Below, piece by piece: positions 55,647-64,000 of a DNA stretch of 64,000 nt. The translations under genes and the position numbers were made by a program. Below the pieces are notes generated by a model that did no database searches, had not been told where the DNA came from, and saw nothing but the letters and a program-made list of their open reading frames with translations. Positions within the stretch are counted from its first letter, which is position 1; every line of letters starts with the position of its first letter. This DNA is from a bacterium (GTDB taxonomy: Bacteria; Zhuqueibacterota; Zhuqueibacteria; Residuimicrobiales; Krinioviventaceae): positions 608,001-672,000 of the forward strand of contig CAXXMD010000002.1 of NCBI GenBank assembly GCA_963675755.2, given 5' to 3'.

Positions 55647-58019
55647 TTAATGACTCAGTTGTAACCTAATAATAAAGTTCCTGCCAGGTTCTATTGTTAC
55701 CAAACCACGATTTGTTGATAAATGATTCCGATAACTGTTGTCGGTTATATTTTCTATTCCAACAAGCAGATAGCTTGTAAATGTTAACCAATGAAAATGA
55801 TTGGTCCGAAGGTAAGCATTGTAATAAGCATAACCCTCTGTTTCAGTTTCCCAATCTGCAATTTGGTCCTGCTTTCCATATAAATTGGCAACCAGCTCAT
55901 AATTGACAAAGTTGAAGTTACCGGTAATTCCCAGCTTTCCATTAATTGGAGGGACAAGGGGGAGAGGTGTATTGTTATATGTATCCTGTCCATGTACATA
56001 GGCAACATTTCCAAAGACAGAGAACAATCTGTTAAAGGTATAAGCAGTTTGTGCTTCAATACCATACAATTCTGCTTTACCAACATTGGTTTTATACAAG
56101 GCATTTTTGCCTTCAAATGTTCCTGGCGATTCAACAACAAGATTAGTCATATTGTTATAAAATACATCCGTGCTGAATGTAAACCTGTCCTGCCATATAC
56201 GTAATCCTGCATTAACAAAATTTCCCTGTTCCGGTTCAAGATCAGGATTACCAATTTTGACCAGACTTCCCTGATCAATATATTGATAGCGTTCTTCCAG
56301 GTATGGAGAACGAAATGCTTTACCTAACGAAAATGCAAGATCGAAATCCGGAAGCAAGTGATACAACAATCCCAGGTTCCCACTCCAGGATTGATCTCCT
56401 GCGTTTGTAGCTTGCCACAAAACAGTTTGATTGGCAGGAGCATCATTCCTTACACCATCAACAATCTGGTATAAAGGATTCAACACTTGTTCATTTTCAA
56501 CATTTATCTTATCATAGCGTCCACCAATAGATACATCCAGTTTTTTTGCGAGTGTAAATTCATCCTGAGCATAAATACCAATACTGCGGTACCATGCATC
56601 AGGAAGTGGTTGTTCACCAACAACCTGATAAATACTTTTAATTACATCTTGATTTGCATTTAATACATCAACTCTGATATTTTTTTCTCTATGACTGGAG
56701 AGGTCTTTTTGCCAGGCGTCAATCCCTGCAACCAGGTGGTTGTTACCATTAAAAATCCAATCGGATTGTAGCTGTACACCTTGTGTTTCATGAAATGCAC
56801 CTGGTGTTACACTCAAAACGTTGGCATTTTTAGCAGGTGAACCTTCTGATGCCGGAATATTATTCACAATATAAGGCTCATTTATAACTTCGCGAACAAT
56901 ATCTTGTTTGAAATATTTTACAGACAGGGTGGAGAGTGCTTTACGTTGAAAATGTGCTGTATATTTTGCACTCAACATTTCCCGCTCTTCTTCAGGATAT
57001 GTAACTGTAGCATTTGTAGGAAATACAGGATACGCACCTGGGATTCCAACATCTTTAGCGTAAAATTTTTGGTAATTGATATTTATTTCATGATTACTGA
57101 ATGGACGAACACCTAACTTGACACTGGTATTCTCATCATGAAATTGTGAATTGGGGATTATGCCTTCGGGTGTGTCCACATCATCTGCATTTCTGGCCAT
57201 TCCACTCAGACGCAAATACCACTTTGATGCACCTGCTGTAATTGCTGCCTGGCCAGTTCCACTGTTATTCACACTCGAATACCCACCTGTGAGCTGTTCC
57301 TTGATATAAAATTGATCACTGTACCAACCATTTTGAGTCAAAATGTTTACAACACCACCAATGGCACCGGTACCGTATAGGGAAGAGGCTGCACCTTTAA
57401 TAACCTCAATTTGTTCAACATCATTTATATCTACCATAGACATGGCAGCAGCCATATCTGTTGCGGTGTCAACACGATTGCCATCAATCAAAAATACAAC
57501 ATTATTTCGACTGAGTCCTCGTAACGCGACATGACTTCCCCAGGCCCCATCTTTGGATATTGATAAACCTGGTTCACGATCCATTGCATTAGATATATCA
57601 ATGGGTGAGGTTTCCTGAATTCGCTGCTTTCCTACAACGCTCATAGGTTGTGCAACGTCTTTGATCTCTTTTTCATACCTGGAAGAGGTTACAACAACCT
57701 GGCTGCCTGAAAGTGTTTCTGCTACAAGCTGAATATCAAGTCTTATGTTTTTGGTTGTTTCAATTCTTACTTTTTTGGTTTGTTTCTTGTAACCAATATG
57801 GGAAAAAGCGATTTCATAAAGTTTTCCATTATCCAGCAAAAGTTCATAATCACCCTTGACATTGCTGGTTGTACCCATATCACTGTCAATTATTTGTACA
57901 TTTACATTTTGCAAAACCTGGCCATTTTCCGTATCTGTTACAGTGCCATCAAGTTTAACAGTTTGAGAAAATACGATAGTCGAAAATACAACAATGATGA
58001 ACACAATTAAGCGCTTCAT
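55647..58019 (-). CDS. TonB-dependent receptor with an N-terminal carboxypeptidase-regulatory-like domain (hemin/siderophore/B12 type)
   Basis: Signal peptide, GTVTD...FSHIGY, plug (LRGL...LIDG...IEVIKGAASSLYGTGAIGGVVN), GNPDLEPE, ENITD...PGRNF. Start moved to ATG 58019 (AAAGGA RBS). Confidence 0.92.
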   Translation of the reverse strand: MKRLIVFIIVVFSTIVFSQTVKLDGTVTDTENGQVLQNVNVQIIDSDMGTTSNVKGDYELLLDNGKLYEIAFSHIGYKKQTKKVRIETTKNIRLDIQLVAETLSGSQVVVTSSRYEKEIKDVAQPMSVVGKQRIQETSPIDISNAMDREPGLSISKDGAWGSHVALRGLSRNNVVFLIDGNRVDTATDMAAAMSMVDINDVEQIEVIKGAASSLYGTGAIGGVVNILTQNGWYSDQFYIKEQLTGGYSSVNNSGTGQAAITAGASKWYLRLSGMARNADDVDTPEGIIPNSQFHDENTSVKLGVRPFSNHEININYQKFYAKDVGIPGAYPVFPTNATVTYPEEEREMLSAKYTAHFQRKALSTLSVKYFKQDIVREVINEPYIVNNIPASEGSPAKNANVLSVTPGAFHETQGVQLQSDWIFNGNNHLVAGIDAWQKDLSSHREKNIRVDVLNANQDVIKSIYQVVGEQPLPDAWYRSIGIYAQDEFTLAKKLDVSIGGRYDKINVENEQVLNPLYQIVDGVRNDAPANQTVLWQATNAGDQSWSGNLGLLYHLLPDFDLAFSLGKAFRSPYLEERYQYIDQGSLVKIGNPDLEPEQGNFVNAGLRIWQDRFTFSTDVFYNNMTNLVVESPGTFEGKNALYKTNVGKAELYGIEAQTAYTFNRLFSVFGNVAYVHGQDTYNNTPLPLVPPINGKLGITGNFNFVNYELVANLYGKQDQIADWETETEGYAYYNAYLRTNHFHWLTFTSYLLVGIENITDNSYRNHLSTNRGLVTIEPGRNFIIRLQLSH

Positions 58020-58068
58020 GAGAGAGTTCCTTTCATAAATGTAAAAAAATTCAAATTCAATAATAAGA

Positions 58069-58332
58069 TTACGATTCTTTTGCAAAAGCAGATTTTACTG
58101 TTACATTTGGTATCTGACCAATCTTTCCGGTCATTGCTCCAATCTCATCAGTACTGCCTTCTACAATGAGAGAGATAATTGAAAGATTTTTTTCACGATA
58201 AGGTAAACCCAGTCTACCAATTATAGTAGACGAATAATCATGAAGTATTGTGTTAAGGGGTTGGTAGGCAGTATTTTGATCATTCACAATGATCGCAATA
58301 ACACCCAGTCTGCGGTTGTCTTGTGTTGGCAT
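58069..58332 (-). CDS. TM1266-family (putative iron-only hydrogenase system regulator; ACT/NikR-C-like) protein
   Basis: RLGVIAIIV...LNTILHDYS..IIGRLGLPY...IISLIVEG...IGAMTGKIGQIPNVTVKSA. GGAGG RBS. Confidence 0.8.
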   Translation of the reverse strand: MPTQDNRRLGVIAIIVNDQNTAYQPLNTILHDYSSTIIGRLGLPYREKNLSIISLIVEGSTDEIGAMTGKIGQIPNVTVKSAFAKES

Positions 58333-58383
58333 TTTTCCTCCATGTTAGGAACAAGTCCCTTCATTTAAGATGAATGATTTATG

Positions 58384-58608
58384 TTAGAATGGTGAAACGG
58401 TTATCCGCTTTGCCATACCACGTCCAATGGCGTATTCACTATTATCACTTGAAATAATAATAGGGCCACCCAGAGGACCGCTACGGACTACAGAAATCGT
58501 ATCACCAATATTGATTCCCATATTACGTAATCTTGATGAAAAACCTTTGCCGCCTTGAATTTCTTTGATAACTACTTTGGTGCCGGCATTGACCTGATCT
58601 AAACTCAT
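58384..58608 (-). CDS. feoA: Ferrous iron transport protein A (SH3-like)
   Basis: MSLDQV...IKEIQGG...RLRNMGI..G..I.VVRSGPLGGPI...AIGRGMAKRITV. Confidence 0.9.
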   Translation of the reverse strand: MSLDQVNAGTKVVIKEIQGGKGFSSRLRNMGINIGDTISVVRSGPLGGPIIISSDNSEYAIGRGMAKRITVSPF

Positions 58609-58699
58609 AATTAACTACTTTATTATTATGCAAGATTTAACTTACGCATTTTAAACCTTATTTTCAACATTTTTTTAAATGGTTGCAAATGAATAAATC

Positions 58700-58728
58700 T
58701 TGACTATGTTGTAACGATTCTATATATT
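58700..58728 (+). promoter_or_regulatory. Putative sigma70 promoter
   Basis: TTGACT, 17 bp spacer, TATATT, upstream of ATG 58760. Confidence 0.6.
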
Positions 58729-58759
58729 TAATTGATTTAATAATATCAAGGTAATATAT

Positions 58760-59389
58760 ATGAAAAAGATTGTTTTCTTTTTGATGCTCATCATGCTAAT
58801 AGGATGCAAGGTTTCTAACCTTGAAATCAAAAATGCTTTTTCAAAACATGAAATTTCTATCATGTTATTACCCGATGAGCAATTGTTCCTTGCCAAAGAT
58901 ACATTGCAAATCGAATACCAGGGGAACACGAACGAACTTTATTTTTACTTGAATTCATCTTTGACGGTTAAGAAAATTGAAATTGGCAAACAAGATGTGA
59001 GTTTTGAATTGGTTCAAACACCCATTGCATTTGAATTACCAACCAAAGATTCTGTTCTGTACAAGATTGATTTGCCCAAATCTCTATTTCCAAATTCAAT
59101 TGATATTTGGTATGAAGGTTCGTATCCAATAGTTAGGGAACAATTGGCATTTGATGACATTCAAGATAATACAATGCTGCTAGACGGTAGAAATTGCTGG
59201 TATCCATTTACTCCGAATAGAAAATCAAGTTTTACTGTTAAAGCATTAACCATGGATAGAGACAGCACCATAACTTGTAATGCAGATCTTGTTTGTATGG
59301 AAAAGAATGATCTCTGTCTTTTGAGTTATTGGGAACAAACCGAACCAATAAGCTATTTGGATTTTTATTTACCCGGGAATGAACAATAA
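58760..59389 (+). CDS. Putative lipoprotein resembling the N-terminal beta domain of M1-type aminopeptidases, with no catalytic domain
   Basis: Lipobox-like LIGC; H.I.I.L.P...DTL...F.LN..L.V...I.YEG...WYP pattern; no HExxH. Confidence 0.55.
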   Translation: MKKIVFFLMLIMLIGCKVSNLEIKNAFSKHEISIMLLPDEQLFLAKDTLQIEYQGNTNELYFYLNSSLTVKKIEIGKQDVSFELVQTPIAFELPTKDSVLYKIDLPKSLFPNSIDIWYEGSYPIVREQLAFDDIQDNTMLLDGRNCWYPFTPNRKSSFTVKALTMDRDSTITCNADLVCMEKNDLCLLSYWEQTEPISYLDFYLPGNEQ

Positions 59390-59533
59390 AAAATGTATTC
59401 AAGAGATTTTAAAAATCTCATGATTTATTGCTACACCTTTATCATTCAAATAATACAATTTAAAAATTACATATTCTGCACAACCAGTAAATTTTGAGTA
59501 GTTATTAATGACATGTAATCCTATCACAACAAA

Positions 59534-62500
59534 ATGAGGGCAAAATTGAAAAAACTATTTCTAGTAGTTATGATATTTTATAGTACCTGCTTATTTGGTT
59601 TGGATGTACAGGGTACCATAGAGTCAGATGTAACCTGGACTGCTGCAAATTCACCATATAATTTTACCGGTGATGTATACGTTCAATCCTCTACACTGAC
59701 AATAGAAGAAAATGTTGTTGTTAATTTAAATGGTAACAATTTATATGTTACCTATAAATATATTGGTGATGGTGTTTATACAACTTATCCTGGAAAATTA
59801 AATGCTACAAATGTAGAATTTAATAGTAGTGCTTCATCTCAATCTACTTTGATTTTTGATGGTCATAAATATGATGGTACAATTTACCATGCTGATGGAA
59901 CCCTAACAAATTGTACATTTGTTAATGTAAAAATTGATATTCAAAAATATTCAAAACCTTCACTCATTTCTTGTGCTATGACGGGTGCAAACGCCACTGC
60001 TGCAATTACTGCTCAAAATGGAAGTTTTCCCACAATCCAACAATGTACAATTTCCAATTACACTTTTCCCATGAGTATTATTTCCGGCAGCCAGCCGGTT
60101 TTGCTAAATAATAATTTTACGGGCTGTTTGAATGAAAAAATATTGCTTTCAGGGGATTTTACTCAAAGGTTATATATAAACCAGGAATATATAGAGTTGA
60201 GTGATAATTATACACTGCCCAATAATGGATACACCTATGTACTGTTGGACGATATTAATATCAAGGGCGTAAAATTTACAATTGCATCCGGTAATGTTTT
60301 AGAAATGGATGGTAATTCAATTTTCGTAAATTATATTCTATATTCACAGGAAAATGAGTTGTTTACCAGCCAGCTTTTAGCAGATGATGTTTCATTTGTT
60401 GGGGATGATGATCTTTTATCTACCATAGAGTTTGAAGGATACCGGCTCGATGAAATTAATTACTGGACCTATGGTACATTAAATGCCTGTCATTTTGATA
60501 AAGTCCAGATTAATAGTGCCTGGTATTCGAGTCCCAATATTACAAATTCAGAGTTTGTATCCAACCTGGATGGTGTTGCAATCTCTTGTGAGCATGGAGG
60601 ACAACCGGTTATTCTTGGCAATTCTTTTTCAAGTTATTTGTATCCCATTGGTGTTTACTCACATGGTAATCCAACTATTCAAACCGGTAATACATTTGAC
60701 TGTGTGAATAATTCTATTGCTGTATCAGGTGATTTTGAACCTGTTTACAGCTATAAAAACAACACTCACACATTCCCCAGTGTTTATACTTTTAACAATA
60801 ATGGTATTCCTTACCAACTGGATGGAGATTTAAATTTTTCGGGTAAAAACATATCAATCCCGACGGATACAGAATTTAATCTCAATAACCACAATCTAAA
60901 CATTCAACCCTCTATTGGTGACATTAACTATACCGGAACAGTGGATATCAACAAAAGTGTATTTACAAACCTAAATGCATTGGGTTCTATTAATATTTAT
61001 GGTGTTGTTGATAATGATAATCCAATTATTGTTAATGTTGATGTTGACAGCAGTAGTTTTGAAAATATCATTTTTCATTGTTATCACACTTCAGAACCGA
61101 GATTCACAAATAATAATTTTGATTCTGAATTTAATGGAACTGCCATCATTTCTCACTATGGCAGCAGCCCTGTGATTGATATGAATACCTTTGATGGTTA
61201 TGATCTTGCATTTGGTATTGAAGGATTTGGAACTCCGGAATTATCCAACAATGATATTGATAATTGCCAATACGCGGGAATGGGTATATCCGGTGAATTT
61301 AAACAGCAGTATTATGATTATGATTTGAACGAATATTATGTCATGTCTGATTCGTTTTATATCGACACTTTTGGATATCCGTACTTTTTATCAAACGATA
61401 TGACCGTTAAAGGCTGTACAGTAACATTTGCATCCGATCTGCAGGTTAATTTAAATGGAAACAATATTATTATCAACTATGATTATCTGGATGCATCAAC
61501 ATGTGTTTCTGGGATTTTGTACGCTAATCAGGTAAAATTATTAAATACTGACGAACAATTTTCATCCATTGAATTGGATGGTACAGAGTATTTGGGGGTG
61601 GGTTATTATTCTCAATGTTACATTGATGAATGTACCCTTGATAATATCAATTTCAATGTACAAAGCTATGCAAAACCTGTAATCGAAAACAATACAATAT
61701 TTGCAAATTCAGGTACCGCAGCTACTTTGAAATTTGGTTCCGGTATTACTCTTTTAAACAATATTATCTATGGTTTTGAAAACGGGATCACAATTGCCAA
61801 TGAATGTGATCCTTTAATTGAATATAATGATTTTATTGAATTCTCGGGACTTGCGATCAATAATACATCCAATTCTGCCATAGATGCTTTTAACAACTAT
61901 TGGGGAGACCCCAGTGGTCCATCTCACAGTTCTAATCCAGAGGGAACAGGAGTTAGTATCTCTGATAATGTTAATTTTGATCCTTTTTCTAACCGCGCAA
62001 TCAATACATTGCTGCCTGCTGTAGTGATTAATGAAATCATGTACAACCCTGTAGAATCACCACTTGATTCAACACAATTCATAGAACTTTATAATAGTGA
62101 TACGGTTGCTGTAAATTTGCAAGGATGGACCATAACCAATTCTGTTGAATTTGAATTTACAGAAGAAACAATTCTTGAACCCAATGGATATTTGGTAATT
62201 GCTCATCATCCACCATCAATTCAGGATTTTTACGGTCCGGTAGATAATATACATCGATGGGAGTCCGCAAGCTTTGCTGATAATCAAGGTACTATAACTA
62301 TAAATAATGCTGATGGATTTCAGGTTGATCATGTCTTTTTTGATGCTGCAGATCTGTGGCCGTCAAAAGCAAATGGTTTGGGACCTTCAATGGAGCTTGA
62401 AAATTATAATATAAATAATAATGATGCGTCTAACTGGTCAGCATCAAATGAAATATTCAGTCCATACGGAACTCCCGGCAAGCTGAATTCTGCCTGTACA

Positions 62501-63880
62501 GTTCAAAACCATCCACCTCAAATATTTTCAACTCCTGATACAAGTGCGTATAATGGACATCTGTATACCTATCAAATTGACGCAAGGGACATTGAGAATG
62601 ATACGCTTTACTACGAGTTGGTCACAAATGGGGATTTCCTGGAAATTGATCCTGAAACCGGTTTTCTTTCTGGAACACCACAAGACTTACCGTATGGGCG
62701 TATTACAAATGTTACAATCCGTGTAAGTGATGATTCATCAACATGGGTTGAACAATATATTCCGCTAACAATAGATATATATACGACCAATATGGTAGTT
62801 AACGAGTTGTATATTCGAACGGATGACCTACCTAGTAACTATTTTATTGAACTTTATAATAATGATTCGAGAGGTTGCAATTTAAAGGATTGGCAATTAA
62901 CTTCTAAAGGTACATTTATTATAGATTATTCATACACACTTAATCCAGGTGAATTTATAATTGTAACCAAAGATACCGCAGCAGTACGGGGTATGGGCTC
63001 TAACGTTAAACATATGGTGCAATTGGATGAAGGTTTTGAATTAGATAGCACCCTGGTTCTAAAAAATGATAAAGGTCATTTGACAGATAGCATTCATGTT
63101 GATTATCTTATCAACAGCTTTCCCGATGCTGATGTTAATCTTTCACTTGAACTGGCCGACCCGAGTCTCGATAATTCAATTAAATACGGCTGGACAGCAA
63201 ACCAGGTCTTGATGGGAACACCGGGTAAGATGAATACCGTCTATCAGGATACAACCAATTATCCTCCATTCACACCAGCGATTATTAGAGCAACAGAAGA
63301 TACAGTTGATTTTAATAACTCTGTCACTTTAAAATGGAACAAGGCGGTAGATCTTGATAATGATGATGTAGAATATACCATTTGGTTTGCAAGTTTTGGA
63401 ACTTTTTCAAGAGATACCTTGATAACCGGTATAACAGATACCAGTTATACGCTTTTACTTGATGGCAGTATAACCGAAGAGCAAGGACAAATTCAATGGA
63501 GCTTGAAAACATCGGATTCCATCTATGAAATCCAATATCCGGATACCGTTCATTTTTATGTCGATTTTGCAACGGGTATAGACAAAGATGAAACCGTTCC
63601 ATTGACGTTTGATTTGTTGCAAAATTATCCCAATCCATTTAATCCTGTTACTACAATTCAGTATAATCTTGCTAAAAATACAAATGTGAATTTGACAATT
63701 TATAATATTCAGGGACAAATAGTAAAAACGCTTATAGATAACACTCAGGCTGCAGGTACATACCAGATTAACTGGGATGCTACGAATCAATTTGGCTCCA
63801 AAGTTTCAAGCGGACTTTATTTTTATAAATTGACAACGAGTTCATTTACAAAAACTAAAAAAATGATTGTATTGGATTAA
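59534..63880 (+). CDS. Large secreted protein: four beta-helix-type repeats, two lamin-tail domains, Ig/cadherin-like domains and a C-terminal FlgD-Ig/T9SS-A-like sorting domain
   Basis: Signal peptide; WTAANSPY; NNYWGDPSGP; VVINEIMYNP...FIELYN...GTPG and a second VVNELY...FIELYN...GTPG; NHPPQIFSTP...YTYQIDARD; LLQNYPNPFNPVTTI...SSGLYFYKL. Confidence 0.85.
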   Translation: MRAKLKKLFLVVMIFYSTCLFGLDVQGTIESDVTWTAANSPYNFTGDVYVQSSTLTIEENVVVNLNGNNLYVTYKYIGDGVYTTYPGKLNATNVEFNSSASSQSTLIFDGHKYDGTIYHADGTLTNCTFVNVKIDIQKYSKPSLISCAMTGANATAAITAQNGSFPTIQQCTISNYTFPMSIISGSQPVLLNNNFTGCLNEKILLSGDFTQRLYINQEYIELSDNYTLPNNGYTYVLLDDINIKGVKFTIASGNVLEMDGNSIFVNYILYSQENELFTSQLLADDVSFVGDDDLLSTIEFEGYRLDEINYWTYGTLNACHFDKVQINSAWYSSPNITNSEFVSNLDGVAISCEHGGQPVILGNSFSSYLYPIGVYSHGNPTIQTGNTFDCVNNSIAVSGDFEPVYSYKNNTHTFPSVYTFNNNGIPYQLDGDLNFSGKNISIPTDTEFNLNNHNLNIQPSIGDINYTGTVDINKSVFTNLNALGSINIYGVVDNDNPIIVNVDVDSSSFENIIFHCYHTSEPRFTNNNFDSEFNGTAIISHYGSSPVIDMNTFDGYDLAFGIEGFGTPELSNNDIDNCQYAGMGISGEFKQQYYDYDLNEYYVMSDSFYIDTFGYPYFLSNDMTVKGCTVTFASDLQVNLNGNNIIINYDYLDASTCVSGILYANQVKLLNTDEQFSSIELDGTEYLGVGYYSQCYIDECTLDNINFNVQSYAKPVIENNTIFANSGTAATLKFGSGITLLNNIIYGFENGITIANECDPLIEYNDFIEFSGLAINNTSNSAIDAFNNYWGDPSGPSHSSNPEGTGVSISDNVNFDPFSNRAINTLLPAVVINEIMYNPVESPLDSTQFIELYNSDTVAVNLQGWTITNSVEFEFTEETILEPNGYLVIAHHPPSIQDFYGPVDNIHRWESASFADNQGTITINNADGFQVDHVFFDAADLWPSKANGLGPSMELENYNINNNDASNWSASNEIFSPYGTPGKLNSACTVQNHPPQIFSTPDTSAYNGHLYTYQIDARDIENDTLYYELVTNGDFLEIDPETGFLSGTPQDLPYGRITNVTIRVSDDSSTWVEQYIPLTIDIYTTNMVVNELYIRTDDLPSNYFIELYNNDSRGCNLKDWQLTSKGTFIIDYSYTLNPGEFIIVTKDTAAVRGMGSNVKHMVQLDEGFELDSTLVLKNDKGHLTDSIHVDYLINSFPDADVNLSLELADPSLDNSIKYGWTANQVLMGTPGKMNTVYQDTTNYPPFTPAIIRATEDTVDFNNSVTLKWNKAVDLDNDDVEYTIWFASFGTFSRDTLITGITDTSYTLLLDGSITEEQGQIQWSLKTSDSIYEIQYPDTVHFYVDFATGIDKDETVPLTFDLLQNYPNPFNPVTTIQYNLAKNTNVNLTIYNIQGQIVKTLIDNTQAAGTYQINWDATNQFGSKVSSGLYFYKLTTSSFTKTKKMIVLD

Positions 63881-63900
63881 AGAAGGATGGGCGTGTATCC

Positions 63901-64000
63901 ATGGAAACCATGAAAGCACTTGTCAAAAAGCATCGCAAACCTGGATTGTGGCTGGAGGAAGTACCCAAGCCAACAATCGGTAATACTGATTTACTGGTAA
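63901..64000 (+). CDS. tdh: L-threonine 3-dehydrogenase, N-terminus (3' end outside the window)
   Basis: METMKALVKKHRKPGLWLEEVPKPTIGNTDLLV matches the Tdh N-terminal pattern. Only 33 codons are visible. Confidence 0.7.
   Translation, partial: METMKALVKKHRKPGLWLEEVPKPTIGNTDLLV

Noticed and set aside
1-64000. CRISPR arrays, tRNA/rRNA genes, IS elements, prophage or defence systems
   Set aside because: I saw no regularly spaced direct repeats, cloverleaf or rRNA-like segments, transposase, integrase or phage genes. Intergenic spaces are short.

Overview
AT-rich bacterial DNA, densely coding and almost all on the + strand. A TonB-dependent receptor and a secreted protein with a 'QNYPNPFNP' C-terminal Ig/sorting domain suggest a diderm, probably FCB-superphylum-related anaerobe such as KSB1 or Calditrichota (inference only). 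1-21.1 kb is housekeeping: aroA/E/C/K/B/Q, polX, a CPBP protease, mltG, pcrA/uvrD, a large TPR protein, nadC, an atypical clpX, uvrC and argGH. 21.2-40.3 kb is a tightly packed 14-gene operon that I cannot assign to any characterised pathway. It encodes five PQQ/BamB-like beta-propellers, an NHL propeller, two Tat-motif Cys-rich proteins, a membrane polyferredoxin, a fused HydC-HydB (BfuCB-like) flavoprotein with electron-bifurcation signatures, a HydA-N/GltD-like subunit missing its NAD(P)H domain, a CxxC glycosyltransferase and a LolD/FtsX-type ABC system. 40.3-45.1 kb is a polysaccharide export and modification group. Next come comM, a BNR-repeat protein, a GT-C membrane protein, an unannotated 6S RNA on the - strand, and nfeD-SPFH. 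At 52.36-52.79 kb are two tandem small genes, each with an in-frame UGA followed by a SECIS-like hairpin (candidate selenoproteins; the first is absent from the ORF track). They lie upstream of a CoA-disulfide-reductase-like flavoprotein and a pentaheme cytochrome c. The window ends with a - strand feoA/TM1266/TonB-receptor unit, a large secreted beta-helix/lamin-tail protein and the start of tdh. I saw no CRISPR array, tRNA, rRNA or mobile element.
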